64,000 nucleotides of DNA from a virus. Lineage: Duplodnaviria; Caudoviricetes. The stretch is from the IMG/VR virus record IMGVR_UViG_3300020577_010124, positions 1 through 64,000 of that record, one strand, 5' to 3'. The notes under the pieces are model-generated. The model was not told where the DNA came from, searched no databases, and saw nothing but the letters and a program-made list of their open reading frames with translations. The position numbers and the translations under genes were made by a program. Positions 8,176 to 18,203 of the stretch are shown here, piece after piece; within the stretch, counting starts at the first letter, position 1; each line of letters begins with the position of its first letter.

Positions 8176-11100
8176 ATGCCTCATGTTCCTCGTAACAAAT
8201 GCTGTTTCCCTAATGCTAACGAGATCATTTACGATCCGTCAGTTTTGGGCGATTGGAGCAATGTTGATCCAGGAACAGTTGAGCATGCTCTTGATATACT
8301 TGCTGATAGACTTACAGAAGTTGAGTTGCATGGTGGACCCGTTGATGCTTCAGATGTAGCTTATGAGCCAAACTCTCTCGCTTGCTGGGAAGGAAGTAGT
8401 GATCCAGGCAATGTTGATGATGCCCTAGATCAACTTGTTCTTAGAGTTTGCGATCTTGAATCCTTAGCTATAAATCAACTATCTGATGTAAATATAACTA
8501 ACGTTCAAAATCAAGATACGCTTATTTATGATACAGCAACTCATAAATGGGTAAACGTGCCTAGCGCTGTTGGTTCGAGCGGCTATTCTGGTTACGCTGG
8601 CAATTCAGGATATTCAGGTTACTCGTCAACAAGTGGCTTTAGTGGCTATTCTTCTAATTCAGGATACTCAGGCTATTCAGGATCTGGGGTTTCAGGATTT
8701 AGTGGTTATTCGGCAGTTGGTACAAGCGGTTTTTCTGGATACTCTGCAACATCAGGATTTAGCGGTTATAGTAGTCACAGTGGTTTTTCTGGATACTCTG
8801 CAACATCTGGTTTCTCGGGTTACTCTTCTACTTCAGGTTTTAGTGGATATAGTTCACAATCTGGATTTAGTGGCTACATTGGTACTTCAGGCTTCTCTGG
8901 TTATATTGGTCAAAGTGGATTCTCTGGTTATGTAGGAGTATCGGGCTTCTCTGGTTACTCTTCTACTTCTGGCTTTTCTGGATATTCTTCAACGTCTGGT
9001 TTTAGTGGATACTCAGGAAAATCTGGTTTCTCAGGCTATAGTTCTGCGTCAGGATTCTCGGGCTACATCGGACAAAGTGGATATTCAGGTTTCAATGGTC
9101 AATCAGGATATTCTGGATATAGCGGTTTTAGAGGAACACAGTGGTATACAGGCCCTGATTTTGGATCATTTGATCAGAACACAGGAACAGCAGGTGATTT
9201 CTTTTATGATTCCACTACTGGAATTATCTGGCAAAAGATAGATAATGTTCCAACATGGGTTCAACTTGCTAACACTTCAGGCTTCTCTGGTTATAGTTCT
9301 GCTTCAGGGTTTTCAGGGTATTCTGGAAAGTCAGGATTCTCAGGGTATTCAAGTCAAAGTGGTTTCTCTGGTTACATAGGTTCGAGTGGATTCTCTGGTT
9401 ACTCTTCAACATCTGGCTTTTCAGGTTATTCAAGCACTTCTGGCTTTAGTGGATATAGTTCACATTCTGGCTTCTCGGGATACTTAGGCCAAAGTGGTTT
9501 TAGTGGTTACAGTTCGCAATCAGGTTTCTCAGGTTACAGTTCTACTTCAGGATTCTCTGGTTATAGCGCAACAAGTGGTTTTTCTGGATACTCAAGTACA
9601 TCGGGATTCAGTGGATACTCTTCAACGTCTGGCTTTAGCGGATACAGCGGTCGTTCAGGAATAAATGGAGCGACAGGACTATCTGGATTTTCTGGCTACC
9701 AAGGTATTTTTGGTGGTGATAGTTTTGTTTATGAGTATCTTGAAGGTGGAGTATCAGGATCTGGCCCATTCCCAGGCGTTGTAAATTGGGAAACAAGCCC
9801 AGGAAATACAACGCCCTCTGTAAGTCTAGCGCTTTATATAGGCATTAATACTTATGACTATAATGGTGCTGATGTTACTAATTGGATAAATAGCTTAGAT
9901 GATTCAACAAATAGCATTCGTGGATCAATTAGAATATTTGCTATTGATAATTCTGCCAAGTTTGCAGATTTTCAAATAACAGGTAATGTAACTGTTGACG
10001 GAGGAAATACGTGGGGATTGTTTATCCCCGTTGTTCCTGTTGTTTCTAATCCAAGCGATACTCCATTTGTTAATGGAGATATTGTAGTTGTATCGTTTAC
10101 AAGAGCAGGAGATGTTGGATCAACAGGAGCAACGGGGCTGAGTGGTTTCTCTGGATATTCCTCAGTTTCAGGTTTTTCTGGTTATTCAGGTAGATCAGGA
10201 TTCAGCGGTTATTCTTCAACATCAGGTTTCAGTGGCTATTCAAGCGCTTCAGGATTCAGCGGTTATAGTTCAACATCAGGCTTTAGTGGTTATGTTGGCT
10301 TGAGTGGTTTTTCTGGTTACATTGGTACATCAGGATTCTCAGGGTATATTGGATTAAGCGGATTTAGTGGTTACATTGGTACATCAGGATTTTCAGGGTA
10401 TATTGGCTTGAGTGGCTTCAGCGGATATTCAAGCGCCTCAGGGTTCTCTGGTTATAGTTCTGCTTCAGGTTTCTCAGGATATTCAAGCGCATCTGGCTTT
10501 AGTGGATATTCTTCTACGAGCGGTTTCTCTGGTTATTCAAGCGCATCTGGCTTTAGTGGTTACAGTTCAACATCTGGATTTAGCGGATACTCAAGTGCCT
10601 CTGGTTTCTCTGGCTATCTTGGACAGTCAGGTTTTAGTGGCTTCGTTGGTATTAGTGGATTTTCTGGTTATAGTTCAACTTCAGGCTTTTCTGGATATAT
10701 TGGAACGTCAGGATTCTCAGGCTATATAGGGTTGAGTGGTTTCTCTGGTTATTCTTCAACTTCTGGTTTCAGTGGATATTCTGGTAAATCAGGATTCTCA
10801 GGGTATGTTGGTATTTCTGGTTACAGTGGCTATTCAGGAATGTTTGGGGGAGATAGTCAGCCGTATTTCTTTAGCACTACAACTGCCGACACCGATCCAG
10901 GTAACGGGTTTATAAGATTCAATAACTCAACTTATTCTTTAGCGAGCGTTCTTGTTATTGATCCAATTAATGCTGACGGAGTTGATATAAGCACATGGAT
11001 TAGCAGTCTTTGTACTTCTACCAATCCTATAGCTGGAAATCTAAGAATAGTACATCGTAATAATTCTTCTGTTTTTGTTGACTATTTATTAACATATGCT

Positions 11101-14100
11101 GGAATAGATTCTGGGGTTGGATTTTATGATGTACAAATAACATATGCAACTGGCAATGGAACATTTAGTAATAATGATCCAGTCATCATATCGTTTTCAA
11201 GATCTGGAAATTTGGGAGATTCAGGATTCTCTGGTAATAGCGGATTCTCTGGATATGTTGGTCAATCAGGATTTAGCGGCTATTCAGGTAAGAGCGGCTT
11301 CTCTGGTTATGTTGGTCAATCAGGATTCTCTGGATATAGTTCTGCTTCAGGATTTAGTGGTTACTCAAGTGCATCTGGTTTTTCGGGATATATAGGAACA
11401 AGTGGATACTCAGGATTTGTTGGAGTATCAGGCTTCAGCGGTTACATAGGTTTAAGCGGATTCTCTGGGTACATCGGAAGTTCAGGTTTCTCTGGTTACG
11501 TTGGATTAAGTGGATTTAGCGGCTATGTAGGATTGAGCGGATTGAGCGGATTTAGTGGCTACAGTTCAACATCAGGTTTCTCAGGATACTCTTCAACATC
11601 AGGATTTAGTGGTTATTCAGGAACATCTGGATTCTCTGGATATATTGGTCAAAGTGGATATTCAGGTTTTGTTGGACAATCAGGCTTTTCTGGTTATATA
11701 GGCTTGAGTGGTTTTTCAGGTTTTGTTGGACTTAGTGGTTTCTCAGGCTATTTGGGGTTAAGCGGTTTCTCAGGTTACTCTTCAACTTCAGGTTTTAGCG
11801 GTTATTCTTCCGCTTCAGGTTTCTCTGGATACTCTGGTCAATCAGGCTTTTCTGGTTATATTGGAACTAGTGGTTTCTCAGGATACTCGGGAGTTTCAGG
11901 TTTTAGCGGATATAGCGGCAGATCTGGATATTCTGGTTATTCAGGCATGTTTGGCGCAGATAGTATGCCTTATCTGTTTAATACAGCAACAGATAATAGC
12001 GATCCAACCACAGGACATTTGCATTTTGATGGCACTGATTATTCTACAGCAACAGTTTTGTATATTTATGGTACAAATAGAGATGGAATTACTATTTGGA
12101 ATTGGCTTACTGCATGGGGAGCTTCTACTAATACTCCTAAGAGCTATGTGCGAATTGTTAAGCAAGGAGACTCTTCTGTATTTGTTGATTTTGCAGTAAC
12201 TGACGTATTGCAACCAAATGGATATTTCATTGTAGCAATTGACTATGTAACAGGAATAACAACAGGATTTAACGCCGAAGATCCTCTTATTGTTACATGG
12301 ACTAGGGTTGGAGATGTTGGTTTTAGTGGTTTCTCTGGATATTCTGGTTTCAGCGGATACTCAGGTAAATCAGGTTTTAGCGGTTATAGTTCAGCTTCTG
12401 GTTTCTCTGGATATCTAGGACAGTCAGGTTTTTCAGGTTACTCTTCTACTTCAGGCTTTAGTGGTTACTCAAGCACATCAGGTTTCTCTGGCTATTCTTC
12501 AACATCAGGTTTCTCAGGATATTCAAGCACTTCAGGATTTAGTGGTTATAGTTCAACATCAGGGTTCAGCGGATATATAGGTTTGAGTGGGTTTTCTGGC
12601 TATGTTGGGCTGAGCGGGTTCAGTGGTTACATTGGGTTATCAGGCTTTAGCGGTTATAGCGGAAAATCTGGTTTCTCAGGTTACATTGGACTGAGCGGAT
12701 TCTCTGGATATAGCTCAACTTCTGGCTTTAGCGGTTACTCAGGTGCGAGTGGATTTTCAGGTTACTCAGGAATCTCTGGCTTTAGTGGCTATTCAGGAAC
12801 TTCAGGCTTCTCAGGTTACAGTGGTAAGTCAGGTTTCTCAGGATACAGCGGTACGAGCGGCTTCTCAGGATACTCTGGGGCTTCTGGTTTTAGTGGATAT
12901 AGCTCTACATCTGGTTTTAGCGGTTACTCATCTCTTTCAGGTTTCTCTGGCTATAGTTCTACATCTGGTTTCTCAGGCTACTCGTCAACATCTGGATTTA
13001 GTGGATACTCAAGTTTGAGTGGTTTTTCTGGTTACTCCTCAACGTCTGGATTCTCAGGATACTCAGGAACATCAGGTTACTCAGGATATAGTTCAACAAG
13101 CGGCTTTAGTGGATACTCTTCAGCGTCTGGTTTCTCAGGTTACTCAGGAATAAGTGGATTCTCTGGATATAGCGGTAAATCAGGCTTTAGTGGTTATGTA
13201 GGCTTGAGTGGATTTAGCGGTTACTCAGGTTTAAGTGCGTATAGCGGCTATAGTGGTACGAGTGGTTACTCAGGTTATTCAGGATTATTTGGAGGAAACT
13301 CTCAGCTATTCAAATTTAGTACCGCTCCTGCTTCGGGAGACCCTGGCGATGGATATTTTGAAATAAATGACGCGGTAGATGCTGCTAATACAATTTGTAT
13401 AAGCGCTATAGACGCTAATGGACAAAGCGCCTTTGGCTTCCTTCAACTAATGGACGCTTCAACTAATCCTAAGAAGGGATGGTTGAAATTCTATTCTCTT
13501 TCAAATCAGTCAAGATGGTGGCTTACAAGAATAAGCGCACCAACCATAAACGGAACAACATATTATCAACTTACCGTTGATCCTATAGATTGGCCTGGAG
13601 TTTTTACATCTTGGGATGATAATGAGCTTGTAGTTGCGACATTTGTTACAACTGGCGATTCAGGTTTTTCAGGATATAGCGGACGCTCAGGATTTAGCGG
13701 TTACTCTGGTACTGTTGGAGCCTCTGGATATAGTGGTTATATAGGACTGTCAGGCTTTAGTGGTTATATTGGAACAAGCGGATTCAGCGGTTATATAGGA
13801 CTGTCAGGTTTCAGCGGCTATTCAGGCAGAAGTGGTTTCTCTGGATATAGTTCGACTTCAGGATATTCAGGTTACTCAGGTTCAATAGGATTATCTGGTT
13901 TTTCTGGTTATAGCTCGCTGTCTGGGTTTAGCGGATATTCATCAAGATCAGGATTTAGTGGTTATTCTGGTCTTTTTGGAGGAAGCACGGTTGAGTTCTT
14001 TATTAACGTTACAGATCTGTCTAGCCCTGTCGCTGCTGGCTATGTATATACAAGTGGAGATGCAGATTTATCAGATGTAGCAAATCTTTGGGTATCGCCA

Positions 14101-15864
14101 ACAAGCGCTGCTGGTGCAGACGTAACTAATTGGCTATTATCATTCAACACAACTACGCTTTTTAATAGAGGCCAGTTAAGAGTAAGCAAAATAGGTGATT
14201 CTAATAGCTTTGCAATATATAACGTATCTCATGGTATAGATGATTTTGCAGGAGCTTCAGCATCATTTGTTTTGTATTTAGATTATTTATCTGGTAATAA
14301 TGTTTTATCATTTGTAAACGATGAAAAAGTAATACTTTCATTTAGCATGACTGGTTTCTCAGGTTTTTCTGGTTACTCCTCAACATCAGGTTTTTCAGGT
14401 TACAGTGGTAAATCGGGCTTTAGTGGCTATTCTAGTACAAGTGGTTTCTCAGGTTATTCAGGAAATAATGGACTTTCGGGCTTCAGCGGTTATTCTGGAA
14501 TAAGTGGCTTCTCTGGATATTCAGGTGTATCAGGTTTCTCGGGATACTCAGGAGCCAGTGGATTCTCAGGATATAGTGGTAAGTCAGGTTTCTCAGGATA
14601 CAGTGGAACGAGTGGTTTCTCAGGTTACTCTGGACTTTCTGGCTATTCAGGCTATTCCTCAACATCTGGTTTCTCTGGATACTCTTCAACCTCTGGTTTT
14701 AGTGGTTATAGCTCAACTTCAGGTTTCTCAGGATATTCAGGCCAATCAGGTTTCAGTGGTTACTCTTCGTTGTCTGGATTCTCAGGATATTCTGGTCTAA
14801 GTGGATTTAGTGGTTATTCGGGCTTAGTCGGACTTTCAGGTTTCTCAGGCTATTCAGGAGCATCAGGCTTTAGCGGATATTCAGGACAAAGTGGATTCAG
14901 TGGCTATATAGGGCTTTCAGGTTTTAGTGGCTACTCTTCTACTTCAGGCTTCTCGGGTTACAGTTCTACTTCAGGTTTTTCAGGCTATAGTGGTAAGTCT
15001 GGTTATAGCGGATTTATAGGATTAAGTGGGTTCTCGGGTTATAGCGGTATGTTTGGCGGCGATAGCCAGCCTTACTATTTCAATAGTTCGACAACAGATA
15101 ATCCTGGCGCAGGATATGCTTCATATGGAAACTCCGCTACGCCATCTCTTGTTACGCTGCTATGGTTGGATGCAGTTAATAGCGATACCGTAAATATTGT
15201 TAGTTGGATTGTTGCATTGCAAGAAAGCAGTAGTAGTCCAACAGGTATACTACGTCTTGTAAAACGCAATAATAGTAGTGTTTTTGCAGACTACAAGATA
15301 AGTTCTCAACTATATCAAGATCCAAGTGCAGGCGCTGCTATAGGAATAACCGTTAGCCACGTAGTCAGCAATGGAACATTTTCAAACAACGATCCAATTA
15401 TTGTTACTTTTGCTAGAACAGGACTTTCTGGTTATTCAGGTTATAGCGGAACAAGCGGTTTTAGTGGATACTCAGGAACATCAGGATTTTCAGGATATTC
15501 TGGTAAATCAGGTTTCTCAGGCTACAGTGGTGGTTCAGGCTTCTCAGGATACAGCGGAGCAGGACAAAGTGGATTCTCAGGTTATTCTGGACCTGTAGGA
15601 AGTTCAGGTTTCTCAGGTTATTCTGGAACAAGTGGATTCTCAGGCTATATAGGTTTGAGCGGTTTCTCTGGTTATAGCTCCGCTTCAGGTTTTAGTGGAT
15701 ATTCTTCAACATCTGGCTTCAGCGGTTACTCAGGAATTTCGGGCTTCTCAGGATACAGCGGTAAGTCTGGATTCAGTGGATATTCAGCAGTTTCAGGATT
15801 CTCAGGTTATTCAGGCTGGGGAAATCCTTCTGCCGCAGTCTTCGCTTATTCAACATTTACATGA
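8176..15864 (+). CDS. Giant SGFSGY-repeat collagen-like fibre protein with six inserted ~125-aa globular domains
   Basis: 2562 aa. Long tracts of 9-aa SGFSGYxxx units; N-terminal V..ALD.L repeats and an LSDV..LIYD..KW.N motif; knob domains near 9700, 10840, 11945, 13285, 13970 and 15050. Confidence 0.75.
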   Translation: MPHVPRNKCCFPNANEIIYDPSVLGDWSNVDPGTVEHALDILADRLTEVELHGGPVDASDVAYEPNSLACWEGSSDPGNVDDALDQLVLRVCDLESLAINQLSDVNITNVQNQDTLIYDTATHKWVNVPSAVGSSGYSGYAGNSGYSGYSSTSGFSGYSSNSGYSGYSGSGVSGFSGYSAVGTSGFSGYSATSGFSGYSSHSGFSGYSATSGFSGYSSTSGFSGYSSQSGFSGYIGTSGFSGYIGQSGFSGYVGVSGFSGYSSTSGFSGYSSTSGFSGYSGKSGFSGYSSASGFSGYIGQSGYSGFNGQSGYSGYSGFRGTQWYTGPDFGSFDQNTGTAGDFFYDSTTGIIWQKIDNVPTWVQLANTSGFSGYSSASGFSGYSGKSGFSGYSSQSGFSGYIGSSGFSGYSSTSGFSGYSSTSGFSGYSSHSGFSGYLGQSGFSGYSSQSGFSGYSSTSGFSGYSATSGFSGYSSTSGFSGYSSTSGFSGYSGRSGINGATGLSGFSGYQGIFGGDSFVYEYLEGGVSGSGPFPGVVNWETSPGNTTPSVSLALYIGINTYDYNGADVTNWINSLDDSTNSIRGSIRIFAIDNSAKFADFQITGNVTVDGGNTWGLFIPVVPVVSNPSDTPFVNGDIVVVSFTRAGDVGSTGATGLSGFSGYSSVSGFSGYSGRSGFSGYSSTSGFSGYSSASGFSGYSSTSGFSGYVGLSGFSGYIGTSGFSGYIGLSGFSGYIGTSGFSGYIGLSGFSGYSSASGFSGYSSASGFSGYSSASGFSGYSSTSGFSGYSSASGFSGYSSTSGFSGYSSASGFSGYLGQSGFSGFVGISGFSGYSSTSGFSGYIGTSGFSGYIGLSGFSGYSSTSGFSGYSGKSGFSGYVGISGYSGYSGMFGGDSQPYFFSTTTADTDPGNGFIRFNNSTYSLASVLVIDPINADGVDISTWISSLCTSTNPIAGNLRIVHRNNSSVFVDYLLTYAGIDSGVGFYDVQITYATGNGTFSNNDPVIISFSRSGNLGDSGFSGNSGFSGYVGQSGFSGYSGKSGFSGYVGQSGFSGYSSASGFSGYSSASGFSGYIGTSGYSGFVGVSGFSGYIGLSGFSGYIGSSGFSGYVGLSGFSGYVGLSGLSGFSGYSSTSGFSGYSSTSGFSGYSGTSGFSGYIGQSGYSGFVGQSGFSGYIGLSGFSGFVGLSGFSGYLGLSGFSGYSSTSGFSGYSSASGFSGYSGQSGFSGYIGTSGFSGYSGVSGFSGYSGRSGYSGYSGMFGADSMPYLFNTATDNSDPTTGHLHFDGTDYSTATVLYIYGTNRDGITIWNWLTAWGASTNTPKSYVRIVKQGDSSVFVDFAVTDVLQPNGYFIVAIDYVTGITTGFNAEDPLIVTWTRVGDVGFSGFSGYSGFSGYSGKSGFSGYSSASGFSGYLGQSGFSGYSSTSGFSGYSSTSGFSGYSSTSGFSGYSSTSGFSGYSSTSGFSGYIGLSGFSGYVGLSGFSGYIGLSGFSGYSGKSGFSGYIGLSGFSGYSSTSGFSGYSGASGFSGYSGISGFSGYSGTSGFSGYSGKSGFSGYSGTSGFSGYSGASGFSGYSSTSGFSGYSSLSGFSGYSSTSGFSGYSSTSGFSGYSSLSGFSGYSSTSGFSGYSGTSGYSGYSSTSGFSGYSSASGFSGYSGISGFSGYSGKSGFSGYVGLSGFSGYSGLSAYSGYSGTSGYSGYSGLFGGNSQLFKFSTAPASGDPGDGYFEINDAVDAANTICISAIDANGQSAFGFLQLMDASTNPKKGWLKFYSLSNQSRWWLTRISAPTINGTTYYQLTVDPIDWPGVFTSWDDNELVVATFVTTGDSGFSGYSGRSGFSGYSGTVGASGYSGYIGLSGFSGYIGTSGFSGYIGLSGFSGYSGRSGFSGYSSTSGYSGYSGSIGLSGFSGYSSLSGFSGYSSRSGFSGYSGLFGGSTVEFFINVTDLSSPVAAGYVYTSGDADLSDVANLWVSPTSAAGADVTNWLLSFNTTTLFNRGQLRVSKIGDSNSFAIYNVSHGIDDFAGASASFVLYLDYLSGNNVLSFVNDEKVILSFSMTGFSGFSGYSSTSGFSGYSGKSGFSGYSSTSGFSGYSGNNGLSGFSGYSGISGFSGYSGVSGFSGYSGASGFSGYSGKSGFSGYSGTSGFSGYSGLSGYSGYSSTSGFSGYSSTSGFSGYSSTSGFSGYSGQSGFSGYSSLSGFSGYSGLSGFSGYSGLVGLSGFSGYSGASGFSGYSGQSGFSGYIGLSGFSGYSSTSGFSGYSSTSGFSGYSGKSGYSGFIGLSGFSGYSGMFGGDSQPYYFNSSTTDNPGAGYASYGNSATPSLVTLLWLDAVNSDTVNIVSWIVALQESSSSPTGILRLVKRNNSSVFADYKISSQLYQDPSAGAAIGITVSHVVSNGTFSNNDPIIVTFARTGLSGYSGYSGTSGFSGYSGTSGFSGYSGKSGFSGYSGGSGFSGYSGAGQSGFSGYSGPVGSSGFSGYSGTSGFSGYIGLSGFSGYSSASGFSGYSSTSGFSGYSGISGFSGYSGKSGFSGYSAVSGFSGYSGWGNPSAAVFAYSTFT

Positions 15865-15907
15865 TAGGTTTTCCGATAGTTAATAGTATTCTTTTGAGGT
15901 AAAATAA

Positions 15908-16315
15908 ATGCCAGCAAATACCAATCCAATATTTACACTAACACCACAGTTTACTCCTGTTGCTTTGTCTGCCGCTGACACAGGAATGGGAACTTCTGCT
16001 CCTACCAATAAAGCAACTCTAGTAACAGGAGGCGCTAACGGAACAAGAGTTGATGGAGCTTCTTTTATGGCAACAGCGCAAAGCTCAAATGCCATTATTC
16101 GAATTTTTTATGTTGTTTCGACAACTTATTATTTGATTGGAGAAGTTTCAGTAACAGCTACAACTCCAAGTAATACAGTGCAAACAGCCAGCGCTGTATG
16201 GCGACCTAATATAACCCCATTTGTTGTTGGTAACGGCCATACTCTTGTGTTTACTTTTTCAGTTAGAAACAGTGCTGAATCATGGATTGGACAGGCTTTT
16301 GCGGGTGACTACTAA
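15908..16315 (+). CDS. Small beta-rich virion protein, putative fibre-tip adaptor
   Basis: 135 aa, RBS GAGG, MPANTNPIF...GTRVD...GDY, follows the fibre gene. Confidence 0.5.
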   Translation: MPANTNPIFTLTPQFTPVALSAADTGMGTSAPTNKATLVTGGANGTRVDGASFMATAQSSNAIIRIFYVVSTTYYLIGEVSVTATTPSNTVQTASAVWRPNITPFVVGNGHTLVFTFSVRNSAESWIGQAFAGDY

Positions 16316-16327
16316 TCGAGGTGTTTT

Positions 16328-16732
16328 ATGGAACAAAGTTTTTATGGCTTTGCTCAGCCAAATCCTGCAACAAACCTAGAAACATTTGGCATAACCATCG
16401 GTGGTGGCGGCGTTATAACTACAGGTTCTAAGGGATACACTAGATTGCCAGCCGCAGGAATAATTACAAAAGTAACGTTACTTGCAGATCAATCAGGAAC
16501 AATAGCTTTAGATATAAAAAAATGTAATTACAAATCTTTTCCAACAACCACTTCTATTTGTGCTTCTAGCAAGCCAACTCTTTCTTCAGCACAATCTTAT
16601 GAAGATTTTAGCCTAAAAGGATGGAACACACAGGTTAATGCTGGTGATGTTATAGAGTTTGTTGTTGATTCAGGAACGACTCCTGCAAACATTACGCAAG
16701 TATCGCTAATCGTAGAAATGATAAGGAGATAA
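16328..16732 (+). CDS. Jelly-roll-like fibre-associated protein
   Basis: ITTGSKGY..P..G.IT.V.LLADQSG.I..DI.K..KPTLSS pattern, as seen at phage fibre ends. Confidence 0.5.
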   Translation: MEQSFYGFAQPNPATNLETFGITIGGGGVITTGSKGYTRLPAAGIITKVTLLADQSGTIALDIKKCNYKSFPTTTSICASSKPTLSSAQSYEDFSLKGWNTQVNAGDVIEFVVDSGTTPANITQVSLIVEMIRR

Positions 16733-16734
16733 GA

Positions 16735-17058
16735 ATGGCAGACAATACAAATGAAGAAGTAGTGAATTTTGTTTCTCAAAGAATTCATAATAGAGCAGAA
16801 ATCTTGAGAGCGCTTTATGCTTTATTGAAAGATGATGTAATCAAGTGGCAGCAAATTTCTTCGCTTGTTCCTTCTGATAACGAAGTGATTCAAGAAGCAA
16901 GGCCTGGCGTAACAAATATGACCAATAGTGAACTTATTGGTTTTATGACGCTTGCTCAAGGATTGGTTCAAACAGTTGAAGATACTCAAACTCAAGCTTT
17001 GGTTGCTAGAACTTGCGTTAGAAGTTTGGAAGTTACGATTTCTTTGCCAAGAAACTAA
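16735..17058 (+). CDS. Hypothetical helical protein
   Basis: 107 aa, strong RBS (AAGGAG). Confidence 0.6.
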   Translation: MADNTNEEVVNFVSQRIHNRAEILRALYALLKDDVIKWQQISSLVPSDNEVIQEARPGVTNMTNSELIGFMTLAQGLVQTVEDTQTQALVARTCVRSLEVTISLPRN

Positions 17059-17070
17059 TAGGAATTTTAT

Positions 17071-18165
17071 ATGGCTTTTACAGAACGATATGTAACAACA
17101 TCAGGTTCTTCTAGCAATGGAGGAACTAATGATACAACAGATGCTTGGGATTTTCAAACAGGCTGGCAATCTGTCGGTCTAGGTATACGACTTAATGTAA
17201 AAGCAGGAACATATAACTTGAACTTTGGAGGAGTTGGCATAACAAATGGAGGTACCGCTCCAACGGCTGCTTCTCCTGCTTGGATTAGAGGATATACCAC
17301 AACCCCAGGCGATTTGGTTTATTCTAGAGATTCAAATGGAAATCTTGTAACTACAGGCATGCCAACTATTAATCTTTCTGCGCAAGATCGCTTACAAACA
17401 GTTGCATGTGTTATGCTTGAAGGACTTAATATATCAGGAAGCAGATCAAATGAACTTATGTATGTTGGAGGATATGCATGGATGTATAATTGTAAAATCC
17501 TCAACAACTATAATACAGGTTTTTCTGTATCCTCTGCTATTTCGGTTGGGGATTTTGCCCAAACCATAGTTGGATGTGATTCTATAAAAACTGGCACTGA
17601 TGCAGCTTATTCAATTATTGCTAATGCTGGAACTAGTATAGTTGGTTGTAAAATTACAGGAGCAGCGGGAATCGCAATTTGCGTATTTTCTGGATGTTTT
17701 GCTGTTATTGATTGCGTTATTTACGATTCTACTATAGGCGTGCAAATAGCGTCAATTTCCTTTGGTCAAAGCCCTTGTGTTTCAAACAATACGTTTTACA
17801 ACTGTACTACATGCGCAATAGATCTTCCAAACTCGGGCAATATGCCTTATTGTAATATAGCTTTGGTAAATAATCATGTAACTGATTGTAACCGATTCTA
17901 TAATAACAACTATACATCAGTAACTCAATTTACGATGATTAAAAATAGAACAAGAGACAATACAAACGCAGATGTAAATGTTGGAGATTGGCCTGCAAAA
18001 GATGCTCTAACAGTTGATAACGGAAATGCAACTAGTGATTATGTAAATGCTACTAGTAAGAATTTCTTTTTGAAACCAACTGCCGTTGGAAGATCAACAG
18101 GATTGATGAGATATAGAGATGTGGGAGCTATGCAGTCGCCTTCCTCATCAAATAGTGTTTTCTAA
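17071..18165 (+). CDS. Parallel beta-helix (pectin-lyase-like) protein
   Basis: Stacked N/C-rich coils (NCKILNN, GCKITG, DCVIYD, NNTFYNC, NNHVTDC); TERYVTTSG start and DVGAMQ end. Confidence 0.6.
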   Translation: MAFTERYVTTSGSSSNGGTNDTTDAWDFQTGWQSVGLGIRLNVKAGTYNLNFGGVGITNGGTAPTAASPAWIRGYTTTPGDLVYSRDSNGNLVTTGMPTINLSAQDRLQTVACVMLEGLNISGSRSNELMYVGGYAWMYNCKILNNYNTGFSVSSAISVGDFAQTIVGCDSIKTGTDAAYSIIANAGTSIVGCKITGAAGIAICVFSGCFAVIDCVIYDSTIGVQIASISFGQSPCVSNNTFYNCTTCAIDLPNSGNMPYCNIALVNNHVTDCNRFYNNNYTSVTQFTMIKNRTRDNTNADVNVGDWPAKDALTVDNGNATSDYVNATSKNFFLKPTAVGRSTGLMRYRDVGAMQSPSSSNSVF

Positions 18166-18203
18166 GTTGAAGGTTAACTGGTCAAAAATTAGTATAAATT
18201 GAC

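Noticed and set aside
8570-15820. Ice-nucleation protein (GYSST resembles GYGST)
   Set aside because: Period is 9 aa rather than 8/16/48, there are no TxT ice-binding ladders, and the context and inserts are phage-fibre type.
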